64,000 bases of DNA from the human T2T-CHM13v2.0 reference genome, Homo sapiens: assembly GCF_009914755.1 (NCBI RefSeq), contig NC_060929.1. One strand, written 5' to 3'. A program made the translations under genes and the position numbers. Shown in pieces: positions 36,057-51,100 of the stretch. Every line of letters starts with the position of its first letter. The first letter of the stretch is position 1. The notes under the pieces are model-generated. The model was not told the DNA's origin and searched no databases. It worked only from the letters and a program-made list of their open reading frames with translations.

Positions 36057-37162
36057 GTTGTTTATAAAAGGGAGATTCCCTAAGCAGAGTATAATAGAGA
36101 GACAGTTGCTTGTGAGGGGTGGCAGAGAGGCATGGAGGAATCTCTATGGCACTATGTCCCTGACATCTAATCTTTAAAGTTGTACAGGATCTGACAAATA
36201 AGAGAACCTTGCCCTATCACTGGGATAATTCTCTTTAGAAAACTGGGGAAGCTTTTAATGTCAAAGAGCTATGACATTTTAGCACTATGATGTAGATTAA
36301 GATTTCTCCCTTAGGCTAGTAACACTCAGAGATATTGATCAGATTCTAAGAGCTTGAATTGTTGTTTTTTTAAAAGAATATTCTGAGTTATACCATTTCG
36401 ATGGCATTTAATGTAGAAGATTAAGAGCTGACATTATTTCAATTTTTAAAATAAGAGACAATAATAGCAATAAAAACACACTTTTTCTGCTTTGTTTTGT
36501 TTTTTGTTGCTCTGAATTTTGGACACATGAGTCAGTGAGGTTCATTGTCTGCATACAAATATGTATTTGTAATGTATATACAAACACACACACATACACA
36601 TATATGTAAATATATATATGTATACACACATATAAGTTTAGATAGAGAGATAGTGAAGACTAAGAAAGGAAAAGAAGCAATATTTAATGATAAAGCGATT
36701 GTAACCTTTTCAATGTGATGAAAAACAGGAATTACAAACCCAGAAGCTCAACACAGTACAATAGGATGAAAACAAAGAGATCCAAATCAGACACATCAAG
36801 TAAAATGTTGAAAGCCAAAGAGAGAGAGAAAATCTTGAAAATAGCAAGAAGAAAACTATTTATCATTTGTAATGAAAGCCCAAGTTAACAGTGAATTTCC
36901 AACTAGAAAAAAATACATGTCAGAAGGCAATGGAATAATATGTTAAATGTTAAAATTAAAACCAGCCAAAAAAAAATCTGTCAGCAAAGATCTTAAGTAC
37001 AACAAAATGATTTTCAAAACTGAAGACAAAAGAGAGACATTCCCAGATAAACAAAAGCTGAGTGAATGTGTTGTTGTCAATCCCAGCTAACACAAAATAG
37101 GCAAGCAGGTTTTCAGGCTGAGAGCTAGTGATAGGTAGACAGCAATTCAAATTCACATGATA

Positions 37163-37451
37163 GGCCGGACATGGTGGCTCACACCTGTAATCCCAGCACT
37201 TTGGGAGGCTGAGGCGGGTGGATCGTTTGAGGTCAGGAGTTCTAAAGTAGCCTGACCAACATGCAGAAACTCTTTCTCTACCAAAAATACAAAAATTAAC
37301 AGGGGTGGTGGTGTGCACCCGTAATTCCAGCTACTCGAGCGGCTGAGGCAAGAGAAGCACTTGAACCCAGGAGGCGGAGGTTGCAGTGAGCCAAAACCAT
37401 GCCCCTGCACTCCAGCCTGGGCAAGAGTGAGACTCTGTCTAAAGAAAAAAG
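37163..37451 (+). mobile_element. AluS
   Basis: Full Alu; TSD TCACATGATA. Confidence 0.95.
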
Positions 37452-37740
37452 AATCACATGATAAAAAGCAGAATACTGGTAAAGATAATTATGCAGATCA
37501 CTATAAAATATAATTATATAGTTACACAGATCACTATAAAAAATACAAGATGCAGTATAATTGATATTTCTTCTACTCTTTTTTCAGTTGATTTTCAAAG
37601 CAATTGTATGAAATAACATTTACATATTTATATTTATTGAGCCATTAACATAAAAATACAATGTATTTGACAATAACAGCACAAAGAATGTGGATGGAAA
37701 CAAAGCATACTACATTGGAGTGAAGAACTTGTATCAGATC

Positions 37741-38022
37741 CTTTTTTTTTTTTAATTTTTATTTTGAGATGGAGTCTCACTCTGTCGCCTAGGCTGGAGT
37801 GCAGTGGCATGATCTAGGCTCACTGCAGCCTCCTGCCTTAGCCTCCTGAGTAGCTCGGATTACAGGCACCTGCCACCATGCCCAGCTAATTTTTGTATTT
37901 TTAGTAGAGACAGGGTTTCAACATGATGGTCAGGCTGGTCTCCAACTCCTGACCTCAAGTGATCCGCCCACCTTGGCCTCTTGAATTGCTGGGATTATAG
38001 GCGTGAGACACCATGCCTGGCC
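37741..38022 (-). mobile_element. AluS with a ~25-bp deletion in the right arm
   Basis: TSD CTTGTATCAGATC (37728-37740, 38023-38035); CACTGCAGCCTCCTGCC lacks the GGGTTCAAGCGATT segment. Confidence 0.95.
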
Positions 38023-38651
38023 CTTGTATCAGATCTCCAGAGAGAAATGAAGAGAAATAGAAATGGTAACTAATAATGTTTGTTGGGGTTGTAACACCTA
38101 TGGGCCCACTATGTATGAGATGATAACATACAAAAAGGAGGGGAGGAATTAAGCTCTACAGAAATAAAACAGAAATAAAACTGCTGTGTTACACTGGAGC
38201 TAAGTCAGTATAATCTAAATTGTATGGAAGTTAATATTCATATTTAACACCTGAAACCATCACTAAGAAAATATCTAAGCAATATTATTAAAAATCACTA
38301 AAAGAATTAAGTATTATACTAGAATATATCCACTTAATATGAAACAGTTAAAAGGAAACAGAAGTGCAAAGACACATGAAGGATATAGAAAGAGATAGAA
38401 ATATGGATGATATATTAGATATCACTCCCACATATCAGTTACAACATTAAATGTGAATAGATTAAACAATATAATTAAAAGTCAAAGATTATGAGTTTCA
38501 ATGAATAAAATCAATATCCAGCTATATGTTTACAAGGGAGGTACTTCAGAATCAGAAATAAAAATGTATTTACAATAAAAGGATGAAAGGATATACTGTG
38601 CAAAAAGCAATCGTGAGACCTGGAGTGAAACTTTAAAAATGTTGCTAGAAA

Positions 38652-38955
38652 GGCTGGGCACAGTGGTTCATGCCTGTAATCCCAGCACTTTGGGAAGTGA
38701 AGGCAGGCAGATCATTTGAAGTCAGGAGTTCAAACCAGCCTGGCCAACATGGTGAAACCTCATCTGTACTAAAAACACAAAAAATTAGCTGGGCGTGGTG
38801 TCAGGCGCTTGTAATCCCAGCTACTCAGGAGGCTAAAGCAGGAGAATCGCTTCAACCTGGGAGACGGAGGTTGCAGTGAGCCGAGATAGCATCTCTGCAC
38901 TCCAGCCTAGGTGACAAAGCAAGACTCCATCTCGAATAACAAAAATAAAATTTTA
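38652..38955 (+). mobile_element. AluS
   Basis: Full Alu; TSD AAAAATGTTGCTAGA. Confidence 0.95.
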
Positions 38956-39755
38956 AAAAATGTTGCTAGATAGAAGGAGGGACAGTGCATAATGCTAAGA
39001 GTCAATAGATTTGGGAATATATAAAATTTATCTAAGCATTTAACAACAGAATCCAAAGATACTTTAGATAAATATTGACAGAATTGAAGGAAAGAATAGA
39101 CAATTCAACAGTAGTAGTTGATTTTAATACCTCTTTCAATGAGGATAGAACAAGGAGACAGAGCAATAAAGGCAAAGATTTTAACACACAACTAACTGTA
39201 ACACACATCTATCTATAGGACACTCCATTTAGCAAAAGCAGAAAGCATACTTTTTTAAAGTGCACGTGGAACATTTTTAAAAGCCTCAATAAAATTTTTT
39301 AAAATTGCAATAATACAAATTATATTCTTCAACCTCAATGAAATTTTAAAAATCCTCAAAAGGAAATTTGAGAAATTTACAAATATGCAGATATCAAACA
39401 ACAGATTCTTAAATAAGCAGTGGGTCGAAGAAATTACAAGAAAGGTTTGAAAATGCTTTGAGATGAATATAATGTACATATAAAATGGTAAAAAGTATAC
39501 AAAAAACTAAAGCAGTTTTCAGAGTGAAACACATAGCTATGAACATTTACAGTAAAAAATAACAGTATCCAAAATAAATAACCTAAAAGTTACTTTAAGT
39601 TTGTTCCAAGAGAAAATTTATAGAAATAAATTAAAAACATGATCAAAGATTTACTGCAGAGAGTTTAGAATTCAGAGAATATGAGAGTTAGAAATGTGCA
39701 GATATATAATAAGAACATCTAAGCTATATCTAACAAAAGGTTTAAAGAATTATAG

Positions 39756-40108
<353 letters not shown>

Positions 40109-42469
40109 ACCAGCTGAAGTTTTTCCAGAATTGGTGGAAGATGTCCGTCCTCACCTCAGGCAGCACAGTTTTCAAAACTACTGTACCTGTGTATTCCAAA
40201 ATTGTGTCTCTCACCAAGCATATACTTAGCAGACATTTGTTAAATGAATCTTAGATACATTATGGTGAAACTATCCAGCATTAGATATGAAGATTAATTT
40301 TTAAATCTAATACTCATTTAGATTGCTTACTAAGAAACAGCAACAAGGTGAAACAAAATTTCCAACAAACACAGAGCTGGATAATTTCTTAGAAGGAATG
40401 CTGGCAGAAAATAATTCTCCACCTAGAATTATATATCCAAATAATGATAATTTCAAATTATTATTTATAATTTTGAAAATATTAATGATACTATTTTTGA
40501 TGGCCAAATAAAAAAAATGTTGAACAAAGTGCCGAAGGCTAGGAGAACATTATTCAATAAATTTTTTTTATTTTTATTACCTTTCAGAAAGTAGACACAG
40601 ATCCTCCTATGATGTGTTAGAATGATTAATGAGATCAGAAACTGCACAAATAGTGGTGAATCTAAACAAATATTGATGACCTATAAATATTCTATACTGG
40701 ATATTTTGTTGGGAAAAGTGGTGAAATTAAGACACAGGGCACAATGACATGTTAGAAGAGAGATGGCTGAGAAGTCATGAAATAATATTTTACGTTGCCC
40801 ACAAAGAGTGCAGAAATTTATTACTATAGAATTTGTTTAGTCAAGTGTACATACTAAAACTTTAAGTATAAAACTGAGCATTTGAAATAAAGTGTGCAAT
40901 TGAGCAAAAAGGAAAAGGAAAATGATAAAACAAAAAAAAAGTAAAATGATCTGTCAAAATAAGATAGAATGTGAGTTCATCTCTGTGGATATAAAATAAC
41001 TATATGAAATATAGGCTTTACACAGGAAAATATAAGTCCCAGAAAAATTTAAAGGACATAGATATCTCAGTGATTTGATAGTTTGAATTATATATCTTTG
41101 ATATAAGTACATATTCATGAAACAAAATATAAGAGACTGAATTTAGCAATAAATTATATATCTGACATTAAAACTGGATTTTTTTTGTTTGCTTATAGAT
41201 ACTGAATATTTATGACTGTTATTTAGTTACCTCTTTTTCAGTGTTTCTTGAGGCTAGTTATTTGACTTTCACTTTAGTGAAAAATATACATTGATTTTGA
41301 CTGTTTCAAAGACGAATTGCAATTAATAGTTGATGACTCACTGACCCCCTGTAAAGAAGTCATTAAGCAGACGGTACAGTGTAACTTAGGTATAATTTAG
41401 TTCATATAATTTCAATTTGACACATCCTATTTAAAACCATGACCCATTTAAAGATGATTGAGAAATGCCTAACAGAGCTATTCACTTTCCTTATTTATTC
41501 TCTGAAGAATTAAGATTGAGACAGAAAAAATACGTGTGAGATTTTTTCAATGGCCCTGAAAATTTCCATTGAAGATTGCAAAGCCTAATCAAAAGAAATT
41601 TATGAATGTGACTATGATGGATATGGCATTTTCCTCAGATGCTGCTGAACGTTCACTGCCACCATGATTTGGATGCTCTGATTTTAATAAGTAGTTTTTG
41701 CATTCGCATGCTCTTTCAAATCTACTCACAACCAAAATATTTTATAACTAAGAAACATGAAATGAGATATCTTGACCCAAATTATTTGTATAATAAGCCA
41801 GTGCTTTTTGGGTTATGTTCCAAATTCCTAGATTTATGAAGTGAAATATATGTTTTCTATATGGATATATGTTTTAAAATACATATACATATATATATAG
41901 AGAGAGTAAAGATGTAATGTAGAAATTTTCCAGATTTTAAAAATTAAATATATTTTTTAGTTTTTTTCAATGTATTAATAATAAGGTCATACATTTTTAA
42001 TAAATATTTAGTTAGAATGCTTTTGGTACTGGTTCATTAACTGATAATTCTCTGATATATATATTGTTGCTATTTGCAGTAGAGTGACAATAGAAGGTTA
42101 AAAATGAGACAAAGAGAAAAACAAAACATATTCTGACTTGATCTTCATGTACAGAAAGGAGTGGTTAGTATCAAAATCTTCTACTAGCCCTTTATAGGCC
42201 TGAATGTGTCATTTTGATATGCTTGTTCACCGAATCTGCCTGGTGACCACATGGTATCTGGCTAATGTTTCAAAACAAAGACTCATCCACTGAATGATGT
42301 AATTGCTGTTTTATTATCCTGCTTCTAGAATTCTTGCTTTTGAAATAGGTCTTGCAGGTTATATTCACAAGCAAAAGCAAGGCATCACTTAATGGTTACC
42401 AATAGCAGAAACTTTAAATATTTTATAGGTACTTTTTATTGGGAAAATATGGGATATCCTGAAAAATCA

Positions 42470-42720
42470 ACTGAAAATGGCTTAAACATGAAGGATTATC
42501 TCTTATATAACAGAAGTCTAGGGGAGGAAAGCATGAAACTGAGGGAGGGTCTCCATGATAACCTCATGGAATTAGATTATCTTTGTCTTTCCCTCTCTAA
42601 TTTCCAGCAGTTGACTTTCGTCCTCATTCATGCTGTCTCATTGTTACCAAGCTGCTCCTCTGTCACCATGTGTTATGCCAGCATTACTGAAAGAAAAGGG
42701 CCAAAAGACCAAACTTCATG
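42470..42720 (-). mobile_element. Old MLT1 (K/L-like) LTR fragment
   Basis: GGCTTAAACA...TATAACAGAAGTCTAGGGGAGG...GTCCTCA; highly diverged. Confidence 0.45.
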
Positions 42721-42881
42721 GACTGCTGAATAACCAGTTAACTCAAATTTAATGACTTGAATTTGATTATTTATTGTGATTTCCTAGTTATTATTAAAAA
42801 TTAATGGCTACAACCCCTGCTAAGCTCAGCGGAAAGGATCTTTTGTATGCAAAACCTACTGCTTTAGGGATGGTGATGTGG

Positions 42882-43196
42882 TTTTTTGTCTGTTTGTTTT
42901 GAGACAGGGTCTCGATTTGCTGCTCAGGCTAGAGTGCAGTGGCACGATCATACCTCACTGTAGCCTTGAACTCTTGGATTCAAGAGATCCTTCCACCTCA
43001 GCTTCCCAAGTAGCTAGGCCTACAGTCATGTACATACCACCAGGCTTGGCTAACTTTTTTTTTTTTTTTTTTTTTTGGTAGAGATGGAGTATCCTTATGT
43101 TGCCTAGGCTGGTCTAGAACTCCTGAGGTCAAGTGATCCTCCAGCCTCAGCCTTCCAATGTGGTGGGATTATAGGTATGAGCCACTGCACCCTGCC
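42882..43196 (-). mobile_element. AluJ with an expanded central T-run
   Basis: GAGACAGGGTCTC, GCCTTGAACTC and TATGTTGCCTAGGCTGG are J-type features. Confidence 0.93.
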
Positions 43197-43589
43197 AGGA
43201 AAGTTGTTGAAAAAGACCAGCATGTTGGTGTGTGTTGGCAGCTCCTCAGATCCTTCAGTATGGGATATAAAGGGGTTGTAATTAATTGGTTGGAAATAAT
43301 CAGTGTGCAAACAACAATGGAAATGGAAGAGAATACATCTTGGTAATAAAATCTCTGTCTGTCCATGGCCTATAATATAAATTGCATAAATTTCTAGTAA
43401 TTTGATATCTTGCAATGTTGTAAAAATCAACTACTTTTATACTCCAAATAAGGGAAACAATGATCATCTAGAGCCCTTGTCAAGGGTCTCCTATTGAGAG
43501 TCCTTAGACAATGTGACACATCTCTATGGCAAAGATCAGATATAATATGTTGCATTTACACAAGTAACAGACTTCTGGCTCTCCTCCAA

Positions 43590-45030
43590 CTCAGGTATAC
43601 TCTTCTGCCGAGAGACTGTACTTCTCAGCCTCCCTTGTGGCTAGGTGTGCCATGTGACTGAGTGCTCATGATTGAGATGTAAGTAAATGTGAAATGCAGG
43701 ACAGCAATACCCCTTATTAAATGTAATTGCCCATAATTCCCTTGTTTTTTACTTTCATCCCAAATGAAAATGGTGATGACCAGGGCAACACTAATAGCTG
43801 TGTATCATGGATGACAAAGCCATACCCAATTTGTTGGGTTCTGGACTGATTCATGGAGCATAGAGTTCCTGGGCTCATAATGTAAGCAGAAAACACTCTT
43901 CAGTTTTAATAAGAAATCTATATTGTGGGGCTTATTAGCTCTAGCAATGTAGGTTTTACTGTAGCTAATAAATAATTGGTACATTGGAAGGCTTTCTGCC
44001 TGCCACAAAAACCTAAAAAAAATGTGGAATAGACACGTAAGTGAGAGTGAAGGCAGTACATTTATTTAAAGTGTCACTTCTGGTAACTGGAAGAGCAAAC
44101 CCCTTGCCTAAAGAGCCTTCAGCTGGAGGAGAGGCTGATGGAAAGGGCCAGAATGTTACCATGTGTTAGCTGTTTATTGCTGCATTTAGCTAGCTTATTT
44201 CAGGAATTAATGAGCTCAAGGAAGAACAAGACAATTTCAAGTAGAGTTTGAAGAGAATAAAGAGTCCAGAAATGTGGGATCTGATGGGGCTGGAAAAGCC
44301 ACCTTCGTTTATCACCCTACACAGTAGGAGATAACCCTGCTGCTCAAAAGATTTAATAAAAAATGTCCATTAAGAATTCTCAGCTCAACAAGTGAATCTA
44401 TAGATCATCTGTGCAAAAGATCAGATTAAGTATGTTGCTTTCCAAATAAGTCTATTATTTTATATGGTTTTATACTTGAAAGTATAAAAGAGCCATCATC
44501 AAAATGGTAACAATTGACACTGGCTTAACAAAGAAGTGAGACCGTAAGAATAGGTTTCATAATTATTTCCAGAAAAGAGCCTTGGATATAGGTTTCCAGC
44601 ACAAGAAAATAGCTGTATGCAGTTAGACCATAAACTCATTGAATCTTCTAAGAATTTTTTTTTTTACTAAAGAAGTCAAATATTTAGCCTTCAAAAAGTC
44701 CCAAGTTCCCAAATATGTGGGTGCAGAAGCAGGCTATGAAAACTGCAGTGCTTCTGACAAAAGAAATATCTTTAATATTCATGCAGATGTGGTGAGGGAG
44801 AATGTATTACAAGAACAAATTTTTTCAGAGAGAAAGCCAGGACCGCAGAGGATAGAGGACAGGAAATTCTTTTCAATAAGCAGCGATCAGTTTTAAGCAA
44901 GAAACTTTCTCCACTGGTAGAGCAGAGATTCTCTGCAATTTTTGTCCTGCAAAATTTTATTGCTCTGAGCAGTGACTGCGTGGTCATTCTTTTTTTTCTC
45001 AAATGAGACATTTTATTGTAATTTTAAGTA
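43590..45030 (+). mobile_element. Old MLT1 (I/J-like) LTR (~43590-43970) plus internal sequence
   Basis: CAGCCTCCCTTGTGGCTAGGTGTGCCATGTGACTGAGT in the LTR; AATTGGTAC...AAAACCTAAAA at the start of the internal region. Confidence 0.65.
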
Positions 45031-45499
45031 ATATATAGTTGCTATTAATGATACGTAGGAAACTTTTGTGATAGAGAGGACTGTACCCAAATATCCTGAC
45101 ATCTGAACTGTATACCATGCCTGAGTGTAACTATGGCTTGTCTTTCTTGGGAAGTGGGTAGACATGTTCTAACTTTAGGAAGAAGGGTGTGCAGATTATA
45201 AAAGATACTGCTGTCTGTCTTTCTATTAATAATAACTAGCCTTCCTCCAGGGTTTTTTCTGGTCTGTGTCAACTAGGTTTAGAGATTTCACTACACTTCA
45301 GCCAAAGAGATGTGCACAGAAATGAGGCAAACAACCTCACATCGCATCTTTTCAAAGGAACGCTGCTTGCCCTTTGCTCTATCTTTTCCCTCTTTTGTCG
45401 GATCTACTGGTCTGTATTTTTCACGTATTGTCACATGATAATGTCTCATTTCTCATGCTCTTCTTGCAATTTTATTGGCAATCCTCCAAATATTTCCTG

Positions 45500-45790
45500 G
45501 ATTCCAAGCTCTCTCTTTATTAAACTGAATTGAGACTTGTAACTAAACCGACTGGTAGAGTATGGTAGAAGTGATGGAATATAAACTCTAAGGCAACTCG
45601 TAAAACATAATTCTCTTCAATTTGGCTTTCTTTCTGAGTCAGGATGTTCACCTTTGGAACCTAGCCACTATACCGTGAGGAAGTGCAGACCACATGGAGC
45701 CACCATGTATAGCTGCTCCATTCAACAGCCCTTGCTAAGTTCTCAGAAAACAGTCTGTATCAATTGTTAAGATATGTAAATAAACAAGCT
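45500..45790 (+). mobile_element. MLT1 (G/H-like) LTR fragment
   Basis: GGAACCTAGCCACTATACCGTGAGGAAG...CCACATGGAG...AACAGCCC. Confidence 0.6.
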
Positions 45791-46216
45791 ACTGTATAGC
45801 TCAAGTGTTTCACAAGGCAACGCTGGAATAAGGAAGGCAGAAATTTGAACCTGGATGTCTCTGGAGCAGAGTTCCCTATCACTTTGGGCTGTTTTCCCTC
45901 TTCTTGAACTTTAGGAGTGAGAAGTAAGTGTCTACCTTATGAAAACAACTGAATTTGGGGATCTCTAAAATAGTGGTAAGAAATAAGATTAAAGCTTTTA
46001 TAGCCTGATTCCTGCTGTCAGAGTTCTGAGAAACAGAACTTTGCCCATATCTTACTTTATACCCCAATGCCTCGTAATTATTATTTAATTAATTAGCAAT
46101 TTTTATTAGAAATATATTCACTTAGAAAATATGCTTTGACTTCCTACCATATAGCAGAGTCTGGTTCTTGCTGCTGTGAAAAGGATAAGGAAGAAGCTAT
46201 GCATGATCTTTGTCCT

Positions 46217-46701
46217 TGTATTACTTTCCTATTGCTGCTGTAACAAAATGCCACAAACTTTGTGGCTTAAAACAGCACACATTAATTCTCTTAGGAAAAA
46301 AATTAGAGTTCTGGAGGTTGGAGTTTAAAAATCAAAGTGTTGGTTGGATTGAGTTACTCTTGGAGGCTTGTGGAGTAATCCATTTCCTTGCCTTTTCCAG
46401 CTTCTAGGGACTGCTTGAATTCCTTGACTCACAGTGCCTCACACCAACCTCTGGTTCTATTGAAACTTTGTCCGGCCTCCTCCCAACCTGCCGTCTCAAC
46501 CTCTAGTTTCCCTCTTATAAGGACCTTTGTAATTGTGATTACATCACACTCACCTGGATAATTCAGGAAAATCTCATCATGTCAAGATCCTTAACACAAT
46601 AAAATCTGCAAATTCCCTTTTACCATGCAAGGTAATGTATTCACAGGTTCCTGGGATTGTAACAGAAACATCTTTAGGAAGCCACTATTCAGTCTCATGC
46701 A
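46217..46701 (-). mobile_element. MLT1C/D-like solo LTR
   Basis: TGTATTACTTTCCTATTGCTGCTGTAACAAAATGCCACAAAC...CTATTCAGTC. Confidence 0.85.
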
Positions 46702-47913
46702 GTGCACACAAACATGCATTTTCTGTAGGAATATTGAAAGCATCTTATTGTGAATTGATGACTTAGAAAATGTATTTCAGATTTGGCCTGACTTTTTTAT
46801 TATTGTTCTTTTAGTCTATACTCTTCATTAAAAAGACTCAGTAAGTGATTTTTTGCTTGTGTCTTGTAAGATACAAATTTGAGGTAGCCAAAGTAGTTTT
46901 CTATTCTGTATTTTCTCCTTTATGAATACCTTTATTTACTACACATATTAGTACTTTGTCTTCCTTAAGACTTAAAATACTGAAATATAGCACTTTATGA
47001 CGAGAAAATACTAGATAGCTCTTAAATAAAATTCTGTTGTCCGTGTACTTTTAAAAAATATTGTGATACTGCAAAATATAAGTGTCTCCTTTTACCAATT
47101 TTCTGAAGATAGAAGGTTGTTTAAGAACCATGCTATTCTGGCAAAAGAACACCTAAGGTAGACTTGGATTTTCAGCACGGGGAGAGCACAATAAATAAGT
47201 GTACTTAATCTTGCTTTTTACTGGAAACACATATTGGAAACAAAGCTGTTTCATAGTCTATGTGTATAGAAGAATACTCTTGACTCCAAAGAACTTCACT
47301 TGTATGTGGAACTCCAAGAGAGTCAATAATAAAATCAATAATAATTATAAAGAGAGAACTTGGGCATAGGTGAAGAAGTGATATGATATAATATAGCGAT
47401 AACAAAAAAACATGTTGTATTGTCAAGATCCAGGAAAAATCTTCTGACATTTAAAACTGGTAGTGAAATAGATTTCTAGTTGCCATGGGGCAGGAGAGGG
47501 GGGGCTCATAAAACTCCTCTCTCTTTCTTTGTTTCTTTTCCTCTTTCCTCTGTTTAATTAATGTAGGTTCGCATTGGCCTCTAATAAGGGAAAGAAGAAC
47601 AGCAGAAGCAAATGATAAATCTTAGTAGGAGTGTAGACCAGCTAGTTTTACTAGTATCTTGTGGTAGTAATTCAAAGGTAACTGGAAAAATAAAACTGAG
47701 CTCAAGTCTTTAGTATTTTGTGCTGGTGGGAAATGGAACATTCAAGAATAAAGAAACAAGGTGAAGAATTGGTCGGTGGTAACATTTATTGGGAGGAAAT
47801 TGACTGAATTTTGGCAATAAACCAGCAGAGGAAGTTGACCTAAAGAACAGACTGTCAGTCATCTGTTTCTTTGGCATTATTTATACAGGTCCTTTCCTCA
47901 TTCTCTCTTTTTA

Positions 47914-48036
47914 TGCTGTTTTATTAGGTCCTGCTGTTTTATTAGGTCTAGTTTTTTCTTAGTTTATGATTGTAACCTGTTGTTGCTAATTTTCTTAATT
48001 CTTAATTTTCTTAATTAATAATTAATTTTCTTAATT
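47914..48036. repeat. Micro-duplications: TGCTGTTTTATTAGGTC x2 and TAATTTTCTTAATT x3
   Basis: Read directly from the sequence. Confidence 0.8.
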
Positions 48037-50747
48037 ATATCTTGTTTGCATCCAAAATCATATTTTAGATTTAGAATTATAAAAATGTTAGTTGTTGATG
48101 ACAGTTATTGTCATTATCATTAATATTATTATTAATGGATCAATTAAAAACAAAGATAGTTATCATGGGGGCTTATGATTGAGACAATGAGTCATGTGTC
48201 TGTCCCGTATAGACAGTATAACATGCTATATCATAAGAGGTAGAAGTCAAATTGTCTCTATTTATAATATATTTCAAGTGGGGTAGGAAGGCTTTTCCAA
48301 AAGTGCAGCAGTATATTTATATTGTAATATGCTTGTCTTAATGAAAAACATTATGGGGTAGGAATACTGTTCTTTACATTTGTTGAACTCATATGATAGT
48401 GTTTATACCTGTATTTTTCTTTACAAGTATATTCAGCATATCTCCTTTTAAAGCGCCATTGAAGTCTAAAATGCCCATCTAGACACTTACTATACTTAGC
48501 AACAACTCCTGTGAAAATGAATGTGCTTACACATTAAAACCTTTACAACATGATCATTATATAAAGGGGTTTCCAGCGTTCAAAATATGTAAAAAGATTA
48601 AACTATTTATAATAAAACAAATTAGGTTTAGTGTAAAATCAAACAATAAACACAAAGAATAATATAAAACTTCTCTATTTTCTAGCAGGGATATTTTTCT
48701 TGCAGTGATTAACCTGAAACTGTCAAGTTCTGTTACCTTGGTCTGTATAAGGCTATAACAGGGCTATCTTTAACTTTAATTTATCTGTAATAGGATACAA
48801 AGGTACATATTTCACAAAATGTTAATCATGCTTATGTGTGGGTCTAAGATGAAAATCAACAATAATCTTAATGTTTTTAAGAAAATAGTTATTGTGAATA
48901 TTGGGGAAAAACAAACATACTGTAAAGGAAAGAAATTCTAAGAGCATTAACTATTTTTAAAACAAAATATTGTGTATATATCATACCATCATACATGTTT
49001 ACATTTTAATAAATTTTGAGGCTGCTAAGGAGTTGGGAAGTGGTTTGTAAGTTTATCTCTGCTCTTTATAGTTCATCAAATTCTCCAAGTTAAATTCAGT
49101 TTTCACTAATCAAATTATCATCATTTATGGAACAGGTTATTCCCTAATTACAGTAGGGTTTTATTATGAAATATATATATTTTTCCTAATAACCTTTAAT
49201 AGCCAGTTGCCTCTGACAACGAATTCTTATTATATTCTTTGAATTACTTAAATAAAATGTTAACATATTAGAGGGAAAATTAAGTAAAATATAATCTCAT
49301 CGAAAATTTATGAAAGTGCAATTTCTCTCAAGTTTTTTTTTTAAATGTCACTATTTTAATTACTATTTTTGGCTAGCAAATATTTGCTAAAATTTATTTG
49401 TATCACAATTCCATTTGAGTTTTAAAAATATGATATAGTATAAACTATTTGTATTGCATTATAAATAAAAATAGCTAATATCATCTATTAAAATGAGCAA
49501 ATAAACTATGAAAGCAAATTCTACCAAAATAAGAAAAGTAATTTGTAACTTTGGATATCCAACTATCAGTGCCTAAAAAATCTGCTAATTTTTTAAAAGG
49601 TTGTAAAGATAACAACAAAAGTTAGATGTGGCCTATGTCTTTAAATTATGCATGAGAGAGGACACAATGCCAAGATCTAGCAACTGAGTATTGAAAAAAG
49701 TAAGGGATTTAATGTAATCCAATATTAGCTGAAAAGACTAGAAAGTACATTCTTGTATTACATTTCATTTGTTATGTACTCTGCACTAAAGCAACTTCAA
49801 TGGAACTTAATAAAATACACATTTTTTAAAGTTAAGGCTACTTTGATTTACCCACATTATCTATCCTTAAATTCTAGACTTCTTGGTAGTATTGACGAAA
49901 AAATAGAGTAATACCCATGAAATGGAAAGAAAATTACTTTCAGTCACCCAAAGCTCAATTTACATCTGTCTCTCCCATAAAGTAATCTCATTCTGGATCG
50001 CCTATAACTTGGAACCTACAATATAAAGGAGTCTCTCATAAGACATTTACTTTCTTGTGGAAATTAATCTGTTTCCATATGCAGAAGAAATACATACAGA
50101 TTAGTTCTAGCACAAGGAGAGGGTCAAAATGGCCAGGCGCAAAAGACGTATGTGAAATTCAAGGTATTAGTCAAGAAAGCCTCCAGTGAGAAAAAAGGGC
50201 TCGACATCAGAAGAATAGCCCATCACTATAGAAAGTTAAATATTCGGAGCTCCAAATTCACATAGGGGGAAATAGCATTGCTCTATCCTCATATATGACA
50301 CAGGAGAGAATGTTACAGCTTGAGTCTTGTCATGCTTACAATTCAAAGATGAATAAACAAACAACACATACTGAAATCAAAGTTAAATGAAGCAAGTATG
50401 ACACCTTAAGAATAAGAATTAAACTGAATGTGCATGTCATCATACTTCTGAAACTGACTTTGGTCAGAGAGGAAAACTTATAAGGAAGAACTCAAGAAGA
50501 TGAAAGGTAGCATGGAATCTAAAACACAAGAGACAGAAAGTGTAATTAGGAAAAAGATAGAGATGTAATTCTGACAAGTAAAAAAAAAAAAACAAAACTC
50601 TTGCTGAAATAAATTAGAATATTTGATAAAAATGTAAATAAAACTTTTAAAAATCCTCTCACAGAAGCCTATAGGAATATACCTGCCATTGTGGATCTTA
50701 GCCTTAAAAAAAAAAGTTATCTATTATATTTACATTAAAATAAAACA

Positions 50748-51047
<300 letters not shown>

Positions 51048-51100
51048 TAAAATAAAACAAAGCAAAGTTAAGATATGTCATGGTATAAATATATGATCAT

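Larger units (their letters stand above)
36660..39600 (+). mobile_element. Ancient L1M fragment (ORF1 3' part, spacer, ORF2 5' part), split by three Alus
   Basis: A-rich; GAGAAAATCTTGAAAATAGCAAGA (ORF1), ACATTAAATGTGAATAGATTAAA (endonuclease TLNVNGLN-like), GACAGAATTGAAGGAAAGAATAGACAATTCAAC. Confidence 0.78.

Noticed and set aside
40300-40950. Possible HAL1/L1M fragment (also ~50100-50600 and ~58830-59150)
   Set aside because: Only faint similarity by eye; I cannot support boundaries or family without alignment.
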